The notes below the pieces were generated by a model. It was not told where the DNA came from, searched no databases, and was given only the letters and a program-made list of their open reading frames with translations. Positions 47,137-50,068 of a stretch of 50,068 bases of DNA are shown here, piece after piece. The stretch's first letter is position 1. Each line of letters begins with the position of its first letter. This DNA comes from an uncultured Candidatus Saccharibacteria bacterium (GTDB lineage Bacteria; Patescibacteriota; Doudnabacteria; UBA920). The position numbers and the translations under genes were made by a program. The stretch lies in NCBI GenBank assembly GCA_964434195.1, contig CAYSUI010000009.1, positions 1-50,068 on the forward strand, written 5' to 3'.

Positions 47137-48711
47137 TTACTGGACGCTAACCTTCTGCCCGGCTTTGAGCTCATACACTGTGGAGACTATTGTCATGTTA
47201 GAGTTAAGTCCGCTTTTCACCTCTACGGTTTCCCCGGTAACAGCACCGATTTCTACTTTCTTTTCTTCTAAAATATTTTCACTGTTCACTACAAAAACAT
47301 ATGCACCATTCTGGGTTATTTGAACCGATTGCACTGGGAGTTTAAAACCACCAACTGTTTCCCCCGAAGGAGCAGTAGCGATTTTGATATTTGCATTCTG
47401 ACCGACTGTGAGACCAGACTTTTCTGGGTCTATAACGACAATTTGTACTTCTGCTGTTTTAGTTACAGGGTTTACGCTTGGTGACCAACGAGAAACTTTG
47501 CCTTTAACGTTTTCGTTTATGGTTACTTCTGCGTCTTGGGTTATGTACTCTATATCTGCCTCACTAATGAATGCTTTTATTTGCATACCACCTTTGCTTA
47601 CTACTGAAGCAACTGCTTGGCCTGGAGTAAGAAGCTCACCGTACTTTACCGTTACATTTGCGATAGTGCCTGCTATAGGAGTACGAACTATGGTTTTGTC
47701 GTATTGAGAAGCAGCTGCTGCTACCGACGCTCTTGCTTGGTCTACACTTGCTTGCTGAGCTCTAATTTGTTCGTTAGATGCCCCAGCTAGTCTAAGCTCT
47801 AAGTCTCTCTTCGCTGAATCGAGCTGGCTTTGAGCAGCATTCACAGCAGAGACCCTACCCTGAACTGCACTATCGTAAGCGTTTTTTACTTGCGTATAAG
47901 AAGCGGATTGTTTGTTTGGTACATCTATTGTCCAGGTGTCGTCGCCGTATACGTTGGTTGAATTAAACTGCAAACTAAGCCCTAGCTTACCTAGTGGCTC
48001 TGGAGCATTTGTTCTTACCATACCATCGGCATTCTCTATACCAGATGCAAAGAAGCGAGGACCAGTTCCAGAGTTGTAAACACGAATAAGGTACGTACCT
48101 TCTTTTTCACCACTGTAAGTACCTGTAATGGTAATTGCTGATTTACTTACGTTGCCTGAACTCGGAATTGCTTGTAGTCCTGTGTTAAAAAGAGCAGACT
48201 GTGCATTTTTTACTGCTACGTCCTGTTGCTTTTTAGTATCTTCTAATGTTTGCTGTGCAGATTTTACTCTAGTTTCAGCCACAGCTATTTCTTCGGTACG
48301 TGCACCGCGCTTAAGTTCGTCGAGCCTTGCTTCCTGGCTTTTAAGAATGGCTTGGGCACTTGCTAGACTAGCTGCTTGGTCCCTGTTTTCAATTGTTAAA
48401 ATTATGGAATTTTCACGAACAGCATCCCCTACTTTTGCGTAGACTCTCGAAACTGGACCGTTTGCCTGGCTTCTAAGATCTGCTTGCTCTAAAGATTCTA
48501 CAGTTCCGGAGGCGGATACGAATCCTAAGTTTGCTTGGTAGTCTTTTAGGGAGATTGTACTGACACGAGTTAGGGTCTGAGCCTGGTTTTCTTCTTTCTT
48601 TCCTCCGATGCGACTAAATACAGCGGTTGCGAGAACTACTATGACTACTAAAGCAGTCATTAGATACCTGTGGTGTTTGAAATATTTACTTAGACTAGTT
48701 ATAAAGTTCAT
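47137..48711 (-). CDS. Efflux RND periplasmic adaptor (HlyD/MFP family), unusually long
   Basis: N-terminal TM anchor, lipoyl/beta-barrel segments and coiled-coil arms, with an extra approximately 100-aa segment between the arms. Confidence 0.8.
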   Translation of the reverse strand: MNFITSLSKYFKHHRYLMTALVVIVVLATAVFSRIGGKKEENQAQTLTRVSTISLKDYQANLGFVSASGTVESLEQADLRSQANGPVSRVYAKVGDAVRENSIILTIENRDQAASLASAQAILKSQEARLDELKRGARTEEIAVAETRVKSAQQTLEDTKKQQDVAVKNAQSALFNTGLQAIPSSGNVSKSAITITGTYSGEKEGTYLIRVYNSGTGPRFFASGIENADGMVRTNAPEPLGKLGLSLQFNSTNVYGDDTWTIDVPNKQSASYTQVKNAYDSAVQGRVSAVNAAQSQLDSAKRDLELRLAGASNEQIRAQQASVDQARASVAAAASQYDKTIVRTPIAGTIANVTVKYGELLTPGQAVASVVSKGGMQIKAFISEADIEYITQDAEVTINENVKGKVSRWSPSVNPVTKTAEVQIVVIDPEKSGLTVGQNANIKIATAPSGETVGGFKLPVQSVQITQNGAYVFVVNSENILEEKKVEIGAVTGETVEVKSGLNSNMTIVSTVYELKAGQKVSVQ

Positions 48712-48726
48712 AAAGTTTGTAAAGGA

Positions 48727-49299
48727 TTAATTGTTGATAAAAAGTTGACTTAGATATTGGACGTACTTTTTTGGACTTACCTTGGGTTTTATGCACTGCG
48801 CATGAATAACGTAAGAGTGGATTGAATTAGCCAAAACTTCTTCAGCAAGTTCGGGATCTTTTACTTTACTTGCTTTTAAGAATTCTCTTAGGTGTCTATG
48901 CATGCTTTCTATATGGACGAACATACCGGAATACATGCCGCTGCTTTTGTTTTTTACTGTATCTAGCTTGGTCATGGTATGACCTGCTTTTAGGAAAGTA
49001 TTTATTACGAGTAGCAGAATAGCCTCTAGATACTGCCCTTTGCTGGGGAACTTTTTACTCCCTTTTTCTATTAATTTATTTAGGTCTTGAGAAGCTTCTT
49101 TCCAGATGACTTCTAACACTTCTGCGAAAAGTTGTTCCTTGCTCTGGAAAAAATAGTAGAGTGAGGCTTTCTCTATACCTGACATTCTAGCTATTTCCGA
49201 CATAGACGTTGCCTCGAACCCCTTTTTGGCAAAGAGCTTCCTGGAATGCGCCAGAGCCCTTTCCTTTGTTTTACTAGTTATTTTAGGTTTTTTAGACAT
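48727..49299 (-). CDS. TetR/AcrR family transcriptional regulator
   Basis: HTH: ALAHSRKLFAKKGFEATSMSEIARMSGIEKASLYYFFQSKEQLF. Confidence 0.9.
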   Translation of the reverse strand: MSKKPKITSKTKERALAHSRKLFAKKGFEATSMSEIARMSGIEKASLYYFFQSKEQLFAEVLEVIWKEASQDLNKLIEKGSKKFPSKGQYLEAILLLVINTFLKAGHTMTKLDTVKNKSSGMYSGMFVHIESMHRHLREFLKASKVKDPELAEEVLANSIHSYVIHAQCIKPKVSPKKYVQYLSQLFINN

Positions 49300-49316
49300 G
49301 ATGTGATTATTTATAT

Positions 49317-49334
49317 ACCTACCGACCGGTAGGT
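49317..49334. promoter_or_regulatory. Inverted repeat, candidate TetR operator
   Basis: acctaccg-ac-cggtaggt, 18 nt upstream of the tetR start codon. Confidence 0.45.
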
Positions 49335-49502
49335 GGACTAAGGGCTAATGTAGCAAAATTTAGTAAAAATGTCAATAAACTCATAGACACTTTTTATAAG
49401 AATCATTTATTTAATTTATGTAAAGTAAACTTGACATTTGAAATATCCAGAGTATACTATAAATAGAATTAATCCTGCGTTGCAGGGGAAAAAACAAATA
49501 CT

Positions 49503-49907
49503 ATGGATGATGCGAATAAAATGGTTGTAGATGAGAATGAACTGAAACAAAAATTAAGTAATGAGGAGTACAACATACTTAGAAAAAAAGGAACCGAAGC
49601 ACCGTTTTCTAGTCCTCTAGTTGATAGTCACGATAAAGGAATGTTTGCCTGCAAGGTGTGTGGGCAAGAACTATTTTCTTCGGACACTAAATTTGATTCT
49701 GGAACTGGATGGCCAAGTTTTGACCAAGCTATCCCAGGTACAGTAAGTTACCATGAAGATAATACCTATGACATGAGCAGAACAGAAGTTACCTGCTCTA
49801 AGTGTGGATCTCACCTTGGACATGTATTCGACGATGGCCCTGCAACTACTGGCAAACGTTACTGTATAAATGGTGCGTGTTTGTTGCTGAAGAAAGATGG
49901 TGAATAA
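49503..49907 (+). CDS. msrB: Peptide-methionine (R)-S-oxide reductase
   Basis: Two CxxC pairs (CKVC, CSKC), GTGWPSF, RYCINGACL catalytic Cys. Confidence 0.9.
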   Translation: MDDANKMVVDENELKQKLSNEEYNILRKKGTEAPFSSPLVDSHDKGMFACKVCGQELFSSDTKFDSGTGWPSFDQAIPGTVSYHEDNTYDMSRTEVTCSKCGSHLGHVFDDGPATTGKRYCINGACLLLKKDGE

Positions 49908-49977
49908 AATGAAAACCATCAGTTCATCACCCATGATATTTATAGTTAATACCAAATAGAGATACGCGAGTAAAATT

Positions 49978-50011
49978 AAAGAACCATCAGTATACACTGG
50001 TGGTTCTTTAA
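49978..50011 (+). terminator. Probable terminator after msrB
   Basis: aaagaaccatcag-tataca-ctggtggttcttt. Confidence 0.55.
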
Positions 50012-50068
50012 TTTACAAAAATATTGACAAAAAATTGAAATTATATTATAATATTTTCTATTTTCGTA

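Overview
Low-GC bacterial chromosome segment with small, tightly packed genes and many proteins of unknown function. It is consistent with a reduced-genome (CPR/Patescibacteria-like) organism, but that placement is only inference. The standard genetic code applies: long conserved genes are uninterrupted and TGA ends several ORFs. The housekeeping backbone is the 3' part of tRNA-Glu, an F1Fo ATP synthase operon (atpZ-like, atpB-E-F-A-G-D-C, no atpH), engB, trhO, cdd, msrB, an IMPase-family gene, a DUF368 protein, a CPA2 antiporter, a divergent P1B-type ATPase, an ECF sigma/anti-sigma pair and a tetR-MFP-RND efflux operon. Three regions look accessory. (1) 1.08-4.8 kb: four direct copies of a ~95-nt repeat (R family), each ending in a long palindromic terminator almost identical to the one just after tRNA-Glu. 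They separate small gene modules: a secreted protein plus MntA/HepT with an in-frame TGA in hepT, a 131-aa orphan, and a coiled-coil plus membrane protein. A Fic gene split at an A7 run follows. (2) 32.07-34.93 kb: a translationally coupled radical-SAM enzyme plus a stand-alone AlaRS catalytic-core paralogue. This is my best candidate for an undescribed system. (3) 35.7-43.3 kb: five direct copies of a second repeat (S family) partition an island of small modules, ending in an AAA-ATPase + RloB/TOPRIM-like (AbiL/PARIS-like) defence pair. The two repeat arrays share a terminator-like hairpin and each carries a paralogous ~78-aa coiled-coil protein. No rRNA, CRISPR array, transposase or integrase is visible in the window.
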